A stretch of DNA of 64,000 nucleotides from NCBI GenBank assembly GCA_964019425.1, contig OZ025791.1:868001-932000 (forward strand), in the 5' to 3' direction. The stretch comes from Flectonema sp. DT1601 (Eukaryota). The notes under the pieces are model-generated. The model was not told the DNA's origin. It did no database searches and saw only the letters and a program-made list of their open reading frames with translations. Positions 24,101-36,500 of this stretch are shown here, one piece after another. The stretch's first letter is position 1. Every line of letters begins with the position of its first letter. The position numbers were made by a program, and so were the translations under genes.

Positions 24101-24952
24101 ATGCAAGTTTTTGTGACGTGTCCGGATTGGGGACTCTCCGCAGTGACAGTGACCGCTGGTGTCGATTCCGTTGTGAGCGACGTGTTGACGGCGGCGGCTG
24201 GGGAGTGGGATGTCGATCCGGAGGAAGTTGAACTCTCGTTTGCTGGTGATACCCTTTGCGAGACTGATCGGCTGGCAGATCATGGAGTGGTTGCAAACAG
24301 TGAGTTGGAAATGTGGAAGAAGCAGTTTAGGATATTCGGTAAATGTTGGTTTGTTGATGATACAAAACGGGAAAAGTTGCTTCTTTGGATCAGAGACCAC
24401 ATTACGGAGAACTTATATCTGGACACTCCCACATTCGCAAAAGATGGTTGCCTCACTGTTGACGGTGACCTGCTTCCTTTAGATGCCGAGCAGGTTGCTT
24501 TCCGCAATTCAAATTCCAACAGCACAGCCATGTCATCAGTTACTAGAGTTGCAAATTATTTCTTGAATTCCTATTCAAATATCACTGCACTTGACCTTTC
24601 AGGTCTTAGTAGCGTCACCACTATTGGTAATTATTTCTTGTCTTTCTGTTCACTCACCGCACTTGACCTTTCGGGTCTTAGTAGCGTCACCATTATTGGT
24701 CATAATTTCTTGGCTCACTGTTTCCAAATCACTTCTCTTGACCTTTCAGGTTTTAGTAGTGTCGCCTTTATTAATCATAGTTTCTTGTTTTATTGTTCAG
24801 AAATCACTTCTCTTGACCTTTCAAGTCTAAGTAGTGTCACGAGAATTGGAATGAATTTTCTCAGTGAATGCAAAGCTCTTGAATCTGTACAGTTACCTGA
24901 AAGTAATAGCGCTCTCTTTGAGAAGAGTGTGGAGACAGCGATAAGTAATTAA
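24101..24952 (+). CDS. Ubiquitin-like domain plus leucine-rich repeat protein
   Basis: VELSFAGDTL..TDRLADHGVVANSELEM is Ubl-like. Four to five ~22-23-aa repeats of type ITALDLSGLSSVTTIGNYFLS are also visible at DNA level. Confidence 0.85.
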   Translation: MQVFVTCPDWGLSAVTVTAGVDSVVSDVLTAAAGEWDVDPEEVELSFAGDTLCETDRLADHGVVANSELEMWKKQFRIFGKCWFVDDTKREKLLLWIRDHITENLYLDTPTFAKDGCLTVDGDLLPLDAEQVAFRNSNSNSTAMSSVTRVANYFLNSYSNITALDLSGLSSVTTIGNYFLSFCSLTALDLSGLSSVTIIGHNFLAHCFQITSLDLSGFSSVAFINHSFLFYCSEITSLDLSSLSSVTRIGMNFLSECKALESVQLPESNSALFEKSVETAISN

Positions 24953-25111
24953 GGACAACCTTTATTATTGTTTTTGTTGTTCTACTACTCATAATGGTAA
25001 CTAAGCTCTCTTGTCGTGAAATGACCAGCTGCTTTATGAATACTCTAATTTATTCAACACCTTGCAATATCGGTTATCTTGATTATGTTCATTTCAGATC
25101 TCATTAACAAA

Positions 25112-26716
25112 ATGTTGTTAGGGTGTGTTAGGTATGTATCCAAACACAGCAGCAAGGGTTTACAGATAAGGACTGTATCGCTTGAGGATTACACCTCTAA
25201 AGAAAAAGTATTCACACAGATGACTGATGCGATTTTAGCAAATAAATACCTGTCAAGATGGAAACTAATATGCGAGTCATCAAAGCTGACACATAGAGAT
25301 CAGTTTCTGATGATGAGGAGTGAGTTCGTTAAAATGGATCCCGAAATCAAAGGACCAGAAACCTACTTAGCATATTTAACATGTAATGCGAATCAAGGAA
25401 ATTATCTTACGTGTTGGTCGTTAATTGATGAAATGAAATCTAAAAACATACCAATAACTAAACAAGTACTATTCCGACTGGTACTCAGTACCGTCAATGG
25501 GTGTAATGTATTAGACGCCCAAGGATTTTCACAAGCAAGAGAAGTCGCAATTAAAGGTGGACTTCTTTTTGATTCTAACCTATACAGACATATATTAAGT
25601 CACTATTCAAAGAGGCATAGGTTGTACTTAAAGCATGGAATGGCTTCAAAAATTAAATGTGACACGGCATTTAATATGTTCAAGTTCATGATTGACAATG
25701 ACAGTATTAAACCTGATGCAAAAATGTGGGGAATCATTTTATCTACGAGAAGCTCGTTTGATTCGGCTATGAAAGTTTTTGATAAGATGTTATTATCGGG
25801 AATAACTCCAAATATCCAAACATATGCTCTCTTAATGAGAGTTTGTTCCAACAGCAGAGACGTCGAAGGAGCTGAACGTGTATTAAAGATTATGAAAACA
25901 GAAGACATAGAAATTGACATCCAGACCTATTGCTGCCTCATGACAGCATACAAAAACGAAGGTTCCCCCACCAGCATATCCAAAGTAATTAAAACATGGG
26001 AATTTTTAAAGAGAAATAAAATAGTTGACGAAGTAGTTATAACAATAGTGATGGGTGCTTGTAGCATTGGAGGTTCACCTAATCAATATGAAATTGCCAA
26101 AGACGCATTCAGGTATGCTATTGCACACAAGGCTATTGACTCCTCAGTCCTTCACGCTATTACAACTTTCGCTAAAAAGAGAGAAGACTTAGAGATGCTA
26201 CGATCAATTCATCAATACTGTGTTAAGAATAATAAAAAGAATTCTGTAACATCGAGTTTAAAGTCTCACACAGACGGATGGAAAAAATGGAAGGGTAACA
26301 TGCCATTTGGTACGAAGAAGAAGGAAATTATGAGGGAAAAAACGAATAACATTTCTGTTTCTGTTGATATTATTGAACCTCCTGCACCTTCGCTAAGTCG
26401 AAACCAAAGAAGGCGGCCTTGGGAAATGGAAAGGAAGACTCCATCTGCTGGTGAATTATCATCGAATGAACAACTGTCCCATTCTTCTTCTGTTCAATTA
26501 ATTAATAAAAGATCATCGTCGTCAGGTAATGAGAGTCGTTCAGACTTTGAATCTGAGAAAACAAAGTCAAGACCAGTCGATCAAGAAAGATATAATAAAA
26601 GAAACCAGTTGGATCATCAATCACATGGAGGAATTCCAAGTAATAAAAAGTCTAGACCAAATAGTCAAGAACAGTCTGACAAAACAAAACAACCCCCACT
26701 TCCTTCATGGCTATAA
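25112..26716 (+). CDS. Pentatricopeptide repeat (PPR) protein, probably mitochondrial
   Basis: 35-aa motifs such as AMKVFDKMLLSGITPNIQTYALLMRVC and AERVLKIMKTEDIEIDIQTYCCLMTAY. Confidence 0.9.
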   Translation: MLLGCVRYVSKHSSKGLQIRTVSLEDYTSKEKVFTQMTDAILANKYLSRWKLICESSKLTHRDQFLMMRSEFVKMDPEIKGPETYLAYLTCNANQGNYLTCWSLIDEMKSKNIPITKQVLFRLVLSTVNGCNVLDAQGFSQAREVAIKGGLLFDSNLYRHILSHYSKRHRLYLKHGMASKIKCDTAFNMFKFMIDNDSIKPDAKMWGIILSTRSSFDSAMKVFDKMLLSGITPNIQTYALLMRVCSNSRDVEGAERVLKIMKTEDIEIDIQTYCCLMTAYKNEGSPTSISKVIKTWEFLKRNKIVDEVVITIVMGACSIGGSPNQYEIAKDAFRYAIAHKAIDSSVLHAITTFAKKREDLEMLRSIHQYCVKNNKKNSVTSSLKSHTDGWKKWKGNMPFGTKKKEIMREKTNNISVSVDIIEPPAPSLSRNQRRRPWEMERKTPSAGELSSNEQLSHSSSVQLINKRSSSSGNESRSDFESEKTKSRPVDQERYNKRNQLDHQSHGGIPSNKKSRPNSQEQSDKTKQPPLPSWL

Positions 26717-26938
26717 ATCGAAGAGATACACTCTGTAGGTGTTTTAAAGTACGTCGTATTTGCACTTCTTTTAGCTAACATTACATCACCTTGATAACAT
26801 ATCGTTACTTGAAATAATTGGTTCACCTTTCTTTCTTTACCACGGTGACACATTGTTTTATATTCTCTTACACGATAAGAGTGATTTGGATACAATTATG
26901 TTTTTTCTTATCACCTTGTTACACACTCTCTCAGGCTA

Positions 26939-28135
26939 ATGTCCAATGCTGTGGCTCTTCAGTCTCTGAGAATCGGATGGTTGGTTAATGAAATAAGAGA
27001 TGTCGGTGAAGAAGAGAGGCAGCTTATCAGAAAAACGATCCAACGAATGGGGGCGACAACACTCGATGAAGTCAGACGGCGAGTTGACGAGATCCTCGAT
27101 ACTAATATCAGAGATGCTATAAATCGAATTCTAAGAACAACACCGTCAGCTGAAGAAGCAAACAACTGGGTCTGCAGACCTAAAAATGAAAAGCTACTCG
27201 ACATCAATCTAAATGGATGTATTCCAATTATTCTAACTGCTCCTCATGGTGGTGTGTCTCCGTTGGGAAATGTAAAGTCGAGATCAAAAAAGACGATGTT
27301 TTTTAGAAAAATTGGAGACCGCAACACCGCTGACTTAACTCGAATGACATCATCCATTCTACTAAATTCGTATAATATAACTCCTTTCTTTGTAGTTGCT
27401 AATGTGCACAGGCAGTATGTGGATCTAAACCGACCGATGAGCACTGGATGTGAGGAAGACGCAGCTCGTTTTTTTCACCAAGTGTATCACAGCGGGATAG
27501 CTACGGCTGTTCAACTTGCTAAACAACTATCACAAAGACATCCTTCTGGAATCCGACCTCTTCTTCTTGATATTCACGGTCATGGTAAGCAGACCAATGC
27601 AGTTTATAGAGGTTCACAGAATATGAAAACGTTTGTTCCTCATGCATGGTGTGTACATTCTTTTTTGCGTGTTAGACGTCATGAAACCTCTGGGAGTCCT
27701 CGAAGAAGGAGGCTCGTCGTAGCGTAGTTTTAGATCTACTCATGTTGGAATCAATCTTCGGTATCACCTCGCACCTGAGTCACACTCCACCTGATCTCAC
27801 AGTCCAACCTTTGGAAAGATCTCCTTTCCTGTAGAAGAAATAAAAATAAAAACAGTAAATGTGGTCACCCACTACTACAGTCGTTACTCCTCGATGGTCT
27901 TGAGATTCACCCCATTGATAATGAGTGCGGAGAGAAGAGTGGATTTAAAGGAGGATGGACTGTAAGATCATATGGTTTGACAGATACCTGCGGTGATGGT
28001 ATTGACGCAGTTCAGTTAGAGTTTGCTGCAACATATCGGAAGGACAAGAAATCCATCGCAGCCACAGCTACGGTTCTTGCAGCAGCAATAGCGAAACACG
28101 TAGGCGTTCATAAGAGAGTATGTATTGAGTTTTAA
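26939..28135 (+). CDS. N-formylglutamate amidohydrolase-like protein; exons 26939-27648, 27856-28135
   Basis: IILTAPHGG, HRQYVDLNR, YH and LLDIHG in exon 1; GFKGGWTVRSYG..IDAVQLEF in exon 2 after a phase-2 intron. Confidence 0.8.
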
Positions 28136-28627
28136 TATTTTTTAATTCAAAGCCCACCCTGTTAAAACACAATGGCTTGCTAAATAAATAATTCAAAGTG
28201 AAATGATCTTCGCAGAATAATCCAAACTGTTCACCTCACCTTCCGTCTTGGCGTCTTCACACCGTGATGTTACTGAGGGAAGCAAAGTCTGCCTCTTAGG
28301 GTCACCATCATTACTCTCAGCAGAGTAGATTCGATCTCTCAGTAGCGTCGCAGTGCACAGTGCCTTTACCTTCTTTGTTTTGAATGCCCTTCGGTTAGGT
28401 TTTGAGACAGCAATCACGAGAACTAATAAAACAGGTCCCCTTGCCTAACCTGTAATTCATTCTTATTTGTGACGTTGCTGTGGAATCAACAAAAAACGTT
28501 TGTGTTAATCCGAATAAGGCGCCTGCAGCCCCAAAAAGACACCAAACATGATATTTCTGTATATGAAAGGAGATTTATATTTGATATGAAAAGATTACTT
28601 TTTTTCCCCCAGCTCGGTACGCATCAT

Positions 28628-30410
28628 ATGGTTCACGATGCTAAGGTCGAGCCCATAACAGGGCTTCGGGTTTTTGAACCCCCTTCACGGTTTAGTTATT
28701 TCAAATGCGTTGACCTGCTCTACTTAGCACCGGTAAAGAAACACAACAGTGCTGGAGGTAAAAGGGACAGAATCATTTGGTTAAGACCATCACGATTAGG
28801 ATTAAGCGACTACAGTGGTGGAACACTGCGATACGTTCGGTTAGAAAACTTAAAAGTGCTCTACATCCAAGTTGCAGGTAAAGGTGTCAGCGAAGAGATG
28901 ATGGGGATAACTATGGATGGAAATGACGCATTCGCACTAAAATTATCATTCAAAAAGAAAGGAGCTGTTTCAGAGTTTGTTGAAGCTATTCGACAATGTT
29001 GCCAAACCCAAAACATACCCATACCTAAAGTTCTGAAGGTTCCTGAAAATGGAAAATCAGTTGCTGAAGATGGTGTTCATGCCAGAGTACCAAATGAATC
29101 CTGTACGAAGCCATCTAATTTTGTATCACCTCCATCAGTTATAAAAGAGCATACTTCAAGGGTAAAGCGTGGAAATCCTCCTCCGAAAGTACCTCCTGGT
29201 GGTCGTAGTCTCAGTCAGCCACCAGACCCTGCTTCACAATCTGGACTTGTTATTCAAGGATCACCTGATGGTGAAAAGAGAGATGGTAGAGATACACCAA
29301 TTGCTACTGTTGATGCTCAGCTAGCACAACAACAAATAGCGGACTTAGAAGATCATTACAAGTCTGAAAATGAGAAATTACAACTCCGACTTCTCCAACA
29401 AGAGAAACTTCAAATGCAGGTCAAGAACGATCACGATGATGCAATCAAACGTCTTTCAGCAAAATTAGATTTGAACTCAACACCTACATCACCAACTGGA
29501 TACCCACCTGGAGGGTTCGGAAATACAACTCCCAACAGACTTAGTGCACGACCTCCTCCTTTGGAGGGTATCCACGACCCGTCACCAACCTACACTGATC
29601 ATTACAGGTATGTGTCTTTTATTATGAAAAGTACTTCGTAGAGTTCCTCAGTAGCTCACGGTCTGACCGGATTACTGTTTTAGTGTCACAATAAAAAAAT
29701 ATCCAACAGGGTTGTTAAAGACAAGGTTGATTTTCGATTATGTGAAGCAACTTGTGCAGATGGAATGGGAAGTCCTGTCGGTTATGACAGGCCTGCTTCC
29801 CCTTCGTCTCCTACAGAGTTGGTTACGGCTCCTGGTAAACAGAATTCTGAATGGGTAATGAAGTCAATGAATGATGCTCTGGAACTTGAGGTTTGTTTTT
29901 TGTTTATTTCAACACAGCAATCTGTGCAGTGACGGAGAGTTACGCAAATTGTGATTATAAAAAAAAATAAAAAAAAACCTTTTAAAACAGATAAGCGATC
30001 TCAGTCAGAGAAATCATCAATTTCGTCAGCAACTAATGCAAGAAAAGGAAACAAGACATAAAAATGAACTACTACTACAAGAACAGATGGCAGCATTAAC
30101 TAAACGACTTGATCAACAACAACGAATAATAACAATGTACGAACAACGTGATAATCTCAGAGATAAAATAAGTGTAAGAGGCAGCTCTCCGATGACCCCG
30201 TCAGGTTCAGTGAGATCACCTTCTTCGTTTGTAGGGGCTGTTCCAACTCACTCGACAACAACTTATAATTTCTCACCTCAGGAGCCTGATTCCAGCTTTC
30301 ACAGTAATTATCAAACATCAACTCCCGATATCTCAGCAACTATTCATTCACCTCATTCATACGCACAACAGCAACAGCCTATAAACAGTCGATTGTTAAA
30401 TTTGATATAA
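28628..30410 (+). CDS. PH-like N-terminal domain plus coiled-coil, Pro/Ser-rich protein; exons 28628-29607, 29710-29890, 29991-30410
   Basis: Two GT-AG introns join three frames without stops. VKKHNSAGGKRDRIIWL is PH/TH1-like. Confidence 0.7.
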
Positions 30411-31675
30411 TGAGGACTCATGTCGGTTATCCATCATTTACTCGAATGTCTTCATATAAAGTTGGACTCATCCAAAGCTGACCTTTTTTATTGTAAAGGT
30501 ACGTACCCCGAAGCAGGTTGTACGGTATTTACATTCTTTATTTTTCAGTCAAGTACTTGGTATTAATTTTGTTTTTAATACCCTAAAGTTGTTACTGTTT
30601 TTACATTGTTAAATTTTCACTCCCATTCTTTAAGACTAATTTCTTACTTGAACCAATTCACGCTACTTTCTTGTATGCGATGCTTAATAAAACCCTGTAG
30701 ATATGATTGTCTTTTCTTTTATCATATTGGTTCGTTAGGGGGAATCTTGTAGAAGGATACTTCATTTTGTGTTGTGATGTTTTTTTAACTGTAAAAGTAA
30801 ATGAATAGTAGCAGACAATGAAGAAGGGGAATTTAAAAATTTAAAAAAAAAAAAAAAAAATGTAAACGAATGGAACAATATAAGAATATATTTTTTGCTC
30901 TTCTTTGTTTACGTGAAGTCCATTATTCTTTCATGAGCAATTGGAGTTGTGGGAGGATCACAAGAACAAACTAGAGAGAACAGTTCAGAATTTCACAAGC
31001 TCTCAACTCGGAAGAGGACGCCTCTACTTTTTTTAGTCTAACGGGGTTCTCCATTGGGTGGAGAGTGGATTTTATCTCATAAAACGTAAGTGATGTGGAT
31101 TTAACAAAGCCCTAACAGTAGTGTTCATAGTAACGGTACGTATTTATGGTGAAAGGGATTTCTTTTTGTGTATTTGTTTCTGTGTTGTTAAGGTAGTTGT
31201 TTGTTTCCATATCCCGTCTTTTTTTTTTTTTTTTGAATTTTCTTTTTCTAGTGAACTTCTAATAAATTAAATAAAAATTACGGTAAAATTCTACCGTTTT
31301 TTCTTTTTTTCAATCATAGTCTGGCTTTTCTTAATTGTGTTCTTGCCTTCATTGTCCTTCCACTCACGTTCGGCATTTATCGATTTTCGCGGTGGGAATA
31401 CTAGTATTGCAATTGCATTTAACAAGTATTGTAAGGATACACCTGTGTACTGTAGGCTGCATAGGGGAAAAAAAAAAAAAAAAAAAAAAAGAAACGCAAT
31501 TGTTCTTTCCTTTTTTACTTAGTTCGTTTTCTGTCGACGTGTTAGGTTCTTCTGTATTTTGTATTTATGTTATTCAAAGTGAAGCTTGTATATTATTTTT
31601 TCCTTTTTTTTTCCCCCCCCTTTTTAAGCAAGTAATTTGTAGGTGAAACCTACACTCTGCCGTATTACATTATAC

Positions 31676-31922
31676 CCTGGTTTTGGTTTCCCAGGGCTCA
31701 CGATTAATTCAAAATTGAATAACTCGATTCCGTACTGCACTGAATGACAACATGGAAAAAGAGATGTGTATGCAGCTAAGTTAGAAACATTTATTATAAT
31801 GTAAAGTATTTACGTCAATCGCAGAGTGTATACCTACACTAACATTACCTTTAGTCACTGTATCTCAGAACTAATGTTAAATTATCGTTATGTTGTTTAT
31901 GATACAAAACATTTGTATTTTA
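31676..31922 (+). repeat. Dispersed intergenic repeat, copy B
   Basis: Homologous to 2591-2820. Its 3' block tgttaaattatcgt recurs at 54311 and 63963. Confidence 0.7.
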
Positions 31923-32377
31923 CTTACAAACTCGAACAGTTAACCCCCTTTTTCTGAATTTTTTTTCTTTTTATGATGCCATTAAATGTTTTGCAATTTA
32001 AATCTGTGATATGGTTGACTGGGTAGTCAATAAAATTAGGCTTCTGAATAATTTGTTGACCCGTTTTTTTTTCCTTTTTTTTTTTTTTCCCTTTTTCTTT
32101 TTCTTTCCCTCGCATACCATTACAACCTTCACTATGCTTCGCTGAAATCGGCAAAAATAAATATTATTTTTTTTAAACTGTTGCTCTGTTTTTGTTTATA
32201 TGTAGAAAAAAATGATCAATATGGTTTCGAAATGCTTAACTTGTTCTTTTTTTTTTTCATTCCTTTTATACAGGACGTGGTAGTATTAACATGGGACACT
32301 GATCAGTATAGTTATGAATGTTATATATTTCTTTTTTTTTTGTTAAATTTTCAATTTCTCCTATCAGAACATTGACA

Positions 32378-32557
32378 ATGAAGAGATACCCGTTCGATGA
32401 AAAGGCTCGGAGGCACATTAACATGGGACGCCAAGAACAAGGCGCTCGGTATCTTGAAGAGGTTTGGCAGCAACTGCGGTTAGCGGGAGAAGAAATAGCA
32501 CAAGATGATTGGAAAATAGACAACAGTAAGTATTTTGACATGGGACCAAGGAAATAA
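32378..32557 (+). CDS. Small hypothetical protein (59 aa)
   Basis: Protein-like composition; T-rich tract and CAG about 10 nt upstream of the ATG. Confidence 0.45.
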   Translation: MKRYPFDEKARRHINMGRQEQGARYLEEVWQQLRLAGEEIAQDDWKIDNSKYFDMGPRK

Positions 32558-32759
32558 AACTATTAAAGTGATGGTAAGCAACGGAAAACTTCCCAGCGGA
32601 AGTATCAGCAGCGATCAATTAACTTCTTTATTATGATATTGCGCAACTAATAACTTCTGGCGGTGTCAAGGTTTACTCCCTTAGAATTTTATACCTTCAG
32701 CCGTTCTGTTTTTCTCTCTTTTCTTTTGTTTAGGGGCCTTTCAACTCCCTTTTACGGGA

Positions 32760-33220
32760 CAAGAATTATGTATCGTAACTGACAGAGTCTAATCAAAAAG
32801 ATCAGTGCTACATTTGATTTCTTGTAGATAGTCATAAATGACTTTCTGAGCAAATGCATTGGATGGAGAAAGTATTTTGGACTTGGAATCTCATATTCTG
32901 GATCCCTCTTGAGAATGAAAAAATTGTGTATTTTCGGAATTTTACAAGTGGTGAGGTCTAATTCGACGAACCGGACACGCATTTGATTTGATCATTCCTA
33001 TTGTGGAATTGGTCAGGCAGGAATCTTTGTCTCAGAACGAGGTACCTGACGGGTCGGTGTTTTCGAACTCGTTGGCTACTGCGAATGCGCATTGCTCAGT
33101 GTGCGAGTTCCAGCAGGGATGTTCGAAAGACTGTCGCTGACCCCGCGTTGGAACCGTCAGCGATGCTGTTTTCGATTGCGTGGCCATCTCTGTATCTGTC
33201 CAGCTCAGAGTTCCGATTTT
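32760..33220 (+). pseudogene. Decayed WW plus RING-finger gene fragment
   Basis: WIPLENEKIVYFRNFTSGEV*FDEP (WW-like, internal stop); CSVC followed, after frameshifts, by AVF and GHLCICP (RING-HC-like). Confidence 0.45.
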
Positions 33221-33554
33221 AGAGCGACTTTGTTGACAACAAAAAATATTGTTATTTTTTTTTTTTTTTTAGAACCCCTTCTTTGTTTTCTGAACCATTC
33301 ACATTCCCTTTCCTATTACTTAGACAACAGGCTTTTATATCTCCTTTCAGAATGTACCTCAGGAATTGGTTACGAAACTTAGTCATTTCATTATCAATAG
33401 TTTTATTTCTGTCAACAAAAACAGTATCTGCAATCAATTATGTGTGTTGTGTTGTTATAAAAAATCCACTGCGTTGTTTCGTCTTTTCTCGTAATGATAT
33501 AGATTCACCTTGTATTCCTTTATCCGAAAGAAAACAGGTTTATACAGCATCACT

Positions 33555-36500
33555 ATGTCGTATCTCCCTTCCGTTCAACTCCCACCTGCAAAAGTACATC
33601 AGATGTACAAAGGACTATTCCCTTCAGACATATATTTTCTACAACACTGCGGTGTTAAATCATCAAAAGGAAGGGCAAAGAAACGGCTGTTAGTCATCTG
33701 TAAGAACTTTGCAGCTGTTGGGTACATGGAAAAAGACTCAGCGGTAGTTAAAGAAATGGTCAAACACCAAGAAATTGAAAAAGTAGTAATGCAAGAAGCG
33801 GATAAAAGAACCGGAATATTTCGTAAAGAAGAACAGACTTCTGTATTATTCAAAGTAAAGAAAGCAGCTGATGGAAGTCGAACAAAACCTGATCTCCTAC
33901 TTAACCTTGTATCAGACGGTACTAACATGGAGGAGTCTTCAGGAGCAAAGAACTTAGAAACTATACTAAAAGCTATCCATTCATCTCGTTATGATAGTGA
34001 GCTTACTGTTGAATGGCTTAAAAAGAATGACTCTAAAAATAAAATTACTGATCAAGCTGAGAGAAAGCCTCCACCAGGATATAATAAACCTGAATCAAAA
34101 TTATCTGATGTTTACGGTAGACAACCTTCTGAAGCTCCTGGTCAATCTCCAACTCAACAAGAACCAAGTGCTTCACCTCCTCCTGGTGTTGCTGAAGTTG
34201 TTTATTTCATAAGCGAAAAGAATGAAACGACCGGAAAATACGCATTCATGCCTGGCGTTGAACAGCAGGGAATGCCTGTTTGGGGAAGACCTACAGGAGA
34301 ACGTCTTTATGTATCAAACACAACTGGTGTTTGGGTCATTGGTACTACTGAAACAATGAACTCAGATGCTTCATGGGTACGTGCAGCATCACGTGAACAT
34401 GGAAAGCTTCCTTGGGAAATCTCAGCCTGGCAGGCTCATAAAGATGGAAAATGGTCGATGCAAATTAATACAATTTGTACAACAGATTCAGATCTAGCTG
34501 AAGCTCTTCATCTTCAGTCTTCAGTGACGGCTATCAGTTCTAAGTTAGATCAAATCCCAGTTACTTCTCATAATAAAGATCAAGTTCAGGTTGCCAAAAG
34601 AGATATCTCTGAACACGCACACCTCCTGCAACCAAAAAGAAAAGGAGAATCGTTTACAGGTATGGCTTGATATTCTACAAACAGATCACAGGCAATCTCC
34701 TTCTCAGTATGATGACTAGAACACATTAGTACAAATCACAGGGAGCTGATTCTCTTGAAGTAGATGAGAAATGTTCATAACTGACTTCTGTCTTCCCTTC
34801 ACCACTTCCATGAGTGGCGTTCTCTTCTTTGATCCTTTCCCCTCTTCACCTCACTGTCGAATGATGACTAGAACACATTAGTACAAATCACAGGGAGCTG
34901 ATTCTCTTGAAGTAGATGAGAAACGTTCATAACTGACTTCTGTCTTCCCTTCGCCACTTCCATGGGTGGCGTTCTCTTCTTTGATCCCTTTCCCTCTTCA
35001 CCTCGCTGTCGAATGATGACTAGAACACATTAGTACAAATCACAGGGAGCTGATTCTCTTGAAGTAGATGAGAAATGTTCATAACTGACTTCTGTCTTCC
35101 CTTCGCCACTTCCATGAGTGGATCTCTTCTTTGATCCTTTCCCCTCTTCACCTCACTGTCGAATGATGACTAGAACACATTAGTACAAATCACAGGGAGC
35201 TGATTCTCTTGAAGTAGATGAGAAATGTTCATAACTGACTTCTGTCTTCCCTTCACCACTTCCATGAGTGGATCTCTTCTTTGCTCCTTTCCCCTCTTCA
35301 CCTCACTGTTGAATGATGACTAGAACACATTAGTACAAATCACAGGGAGCTGATTCTCTTGAAGTAGATGAGAAATGTTCATAACTGACTTCTGTCTTCC
35401 CTTCACCACTTCCATGAGTGGTTCTCTTCTTTGATCCTTTCCCCTCTTCACCTCACTGTTGAATGATGACTAGAACACATTAGTACAAATCACAGGGAGC
35501 TGATTCTCTTGAAGTAGATGAGAAATGTTCATAACTGACTTCTATCCTCTCTTCGCCACTTCCATGGGTGGCGTTCTCTTCTTTGATCCTTTTCCCTCTT
35601 CACCTCACTGTTGAATGATGACTAGAACACATTAGTACAAATCACAGGGAGCTGATTCTCTTGAAGTAGATGAGAAACGTTCATAACTGACTTCTATCCT
35701 CTCTTCGCCACTTCCATGGGTGGCGTTCTCTTCTTTGATCCTTTTCCCTCTTCACCTCACTGTTGAATGATGACTAGAACACATTAGTACAAATCACAGG
35801 GAGCTGATTCTCTTGAAGTAGATGAGAAATGTTCATAACTGACTTCTGTCTTCCCTTCACCACTTCCATGAGTGGATCTCTTCTTTGCTCCTTTTCCCTC
35901 TTCACCTCACTGTTGAATGATGACTAGAACACATTAGTACAAATCACAGGGAGCTGATTCTCTTGAAGTAGATGAGAAACGTTCATAACTGACTTCTATC
36001 CTCTCTTCGCCACTTCCATGGGTGGCGTTCTCTTCTTTGATCCTTTTCCCTCTTCACCTCACTGTCGAATGATGACTAGAACACATTAGTACAAATCACA
36101 GGGAGCTGATTCTCTTGAAGTAGATGAGAAACGTTCATAACTGACTTCTGTCTTCCCTTCACCACTTCCATGAGTGGTTCTCTTCTTTGATCCTTTCCCC
36201 TCTTCACCTCACTGTCGAATGATGACTAGAACACATTAGTACAAATCACAGGGAGCTGATTCTCTTGAAGTAGATGAGAAACGTTCATAACTGACTTCTA
36301 TCCTCTCTTCGCCACTTCCATGGGTGGCGTTCTCTTCTTTGATCCTTTTCCCTCTTCACCTCACTGTTGAATGATGACTAGAACACATTAGTACAAATCA
36401 CAGGGAGCTGATTCTCTTGAAGTAGATGAGAAACGTTCATAACTGACTTCTATCCTCTCTTCGCCACTTCCATGGGTGGCGTTCTCTTCTTTGATCCTTT

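Noticed and set aside
29608..29709. Possible snoRNA in this intron (hairpin, CTGA, ACA)
   Set aside because: Box spacing fits neither C/D nor AGA/ACA guides and the segment is too short.
31335..31646. Intergenic ORFs rich in poly-K or poly-F (also 15026, 17410, 46171, 50343, 57400)
   Set aside because: Produced by poly-A/poly-T tracts, often with non-ATG starts, and not protein-like.
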